From NCBI RefSeq assembly GCF_032062105.1, contig NW_026936980.1, forward strand, positions 620,001-684,000: a stretch of 64,000 nt of DNA, in the 5' to 3' direction. Under the pieces are notes generated by a model, which saw only the letters and a list, made by a program, of their open reading frames with translations, was not told where the DNA came from and made no database searches. The translations under genes and the position numbers were made by a program. How positions within the stretch are numbered: the stretch's first letter is position 1; each line of letters starts with the position of its first letter. Positions 63,000 through 64,000 of the stretch are shown one piece after another. The DNA comes from Saccostrea cucullata. Taxonomy: Eukaryota.

Positions 63000-63384
63000 G
63001 ATTTTTTCCCTATGAAATTAAAAACCACAACTCCTTTTCGCTAAAACTGAAAAAAAAATATTGATTTAGAAGTGAAAAAGTCAAAAGTCAGGTCAAAAAT
63101 TCTGCGCAATATTTTAGTTTTTAGCATTATGAAATCTGCGATGAAATTTTATGGTCTAAATTAACTTTACTTGTAGGAGATAATAAAATTTGTTTGTGGT
63201 CTATTTTATTGCTAAGGGATTAAATCATTTTAAGAGGCTATTTGAAAGAATTATAAAAAGAGAGATTGACGGAAATTCAGACAGCCAAACCAACAATAAT
63301 ACATGTATCCTCGTCTTAAACCAAAGTGGTGGACGAAAAGCTATAGAAGAGGACTTTCGCAATTCATTGATTGTATATTGTTTT

Positions 63385-63630
63385 AACGTCCCTCCACTGT
63401 TGCCGGTGGAGACTGGAGAGCTGCAAATTTTGTCCTATACTCGGTACTTAGGGCCATTGAGCAGAGAAGATAGATTTTTTTCGTGCTAGCACCTACTGCG
63501 AAACGAGACCTCGGTTTATACGGTCTCATCCAAAGGACCGGTCTCCAAGTCCCACAGTGGGATTCGAACCCGCGACGTAAGGATTGACTCCTTACTTCTA
63601 CTCTTTAACCACTGCGTCATGCAGGCGACC
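63385..63630 (-). mobile_element. tRNA-derived SINE
   Basis: Minus-strand A box TGACGCAGTGG and B box GGTTCGAATCC (63560-63570), followed by a non-tRNA body; degenerate relative near 61470-61610. Confidence 0.7.
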
Positions 63631-63850
63631 TTTCGCAATTGACAGGTTGAAAATAACAATATTTCATACAAGACACCCACAGGCCTGAGTATCATGCAAC
63701 AGCTTTCCAACAACTGAATTTAGTTCGTGTTTTAAACCATGCAGAGGCCATGAATTTAAGTTATGATAAGCAATGGTGCCTCTTTCAAAATTGTAAATTT
63801 CAGGCCATGAAATTCACAATTTTGAAAGCCGCACCATTGCTTATCATAAC

Positions 63851-63978
63851 TTAGTTCGAAATATCTGACGTTTTCCATGCTTTACTGCGATTTTGATATT
63901 TTGGGTGCCAAGCAAACCTGGCATGTGAAATATTAAAACCGTAAAAAAGCATGGAAAACGTGAGATATTTCAGATTAA
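63851..63978. mobile_element. Short palindromic element
   Basis: GAAATATCTGACGTTTTCCATGCTTT mirrored by AAAGCATGGAAAACGTGAGATATTTC; flanked by repeated ATCATAACT. Confidence 0.65.
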
Positions 63979-64000
63979 TCATAACTAAACATTCAGCATG

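Noticed and set aside
63555-63630. tRNA gene
   Set aside because: A and B boxes are present but there is no convincing cloverleaf, and it continues into a SINE body.

Overview
AT-rich, intron-rich eukaryotic DNA, most likely an oyster (Ostreidae), judged from the Helentron/HINE-type repeats with ~166-bp satellite cores. Six spliced genes could be reconstructed by hand with GT-AG junctions and intact frames. They are HINT1 (-), a RabX1-like Rab (+, head-to-head with HINT1), Rab8 (-), an unrecognised 177-aa type-I membrane protein (+), a strongly diverged Rab8 duplicate (+) and RPS27 (-). RPS27 hosts two copies of a SNORD2/snR39B-like C/D snoRNA. The rest is dense, nested transposon sequence: Helentron-like elements, MITEs, a 5'-truncated LINE and SINEs. 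Three observations stand out. (1) Two independent minisatellites each have an exon-end plus GTAAGT splice donor as their unit (~44 copies in the RabX1-like gene, ~16 in RPS27). (2) A Rab8 diversification module: an orphan, phase-compatible alternative first exon that would swap the P-loop/switch I, plus an inverted paralog with the same intron positions and CTIL end but rewired switches, Glu at the T72-equivalent site and an MGxxxS N-terminus. (3) An orphan membrane-protein gene with a furin-like site lies between them. All coordinates were counted manually; no database searches were run.
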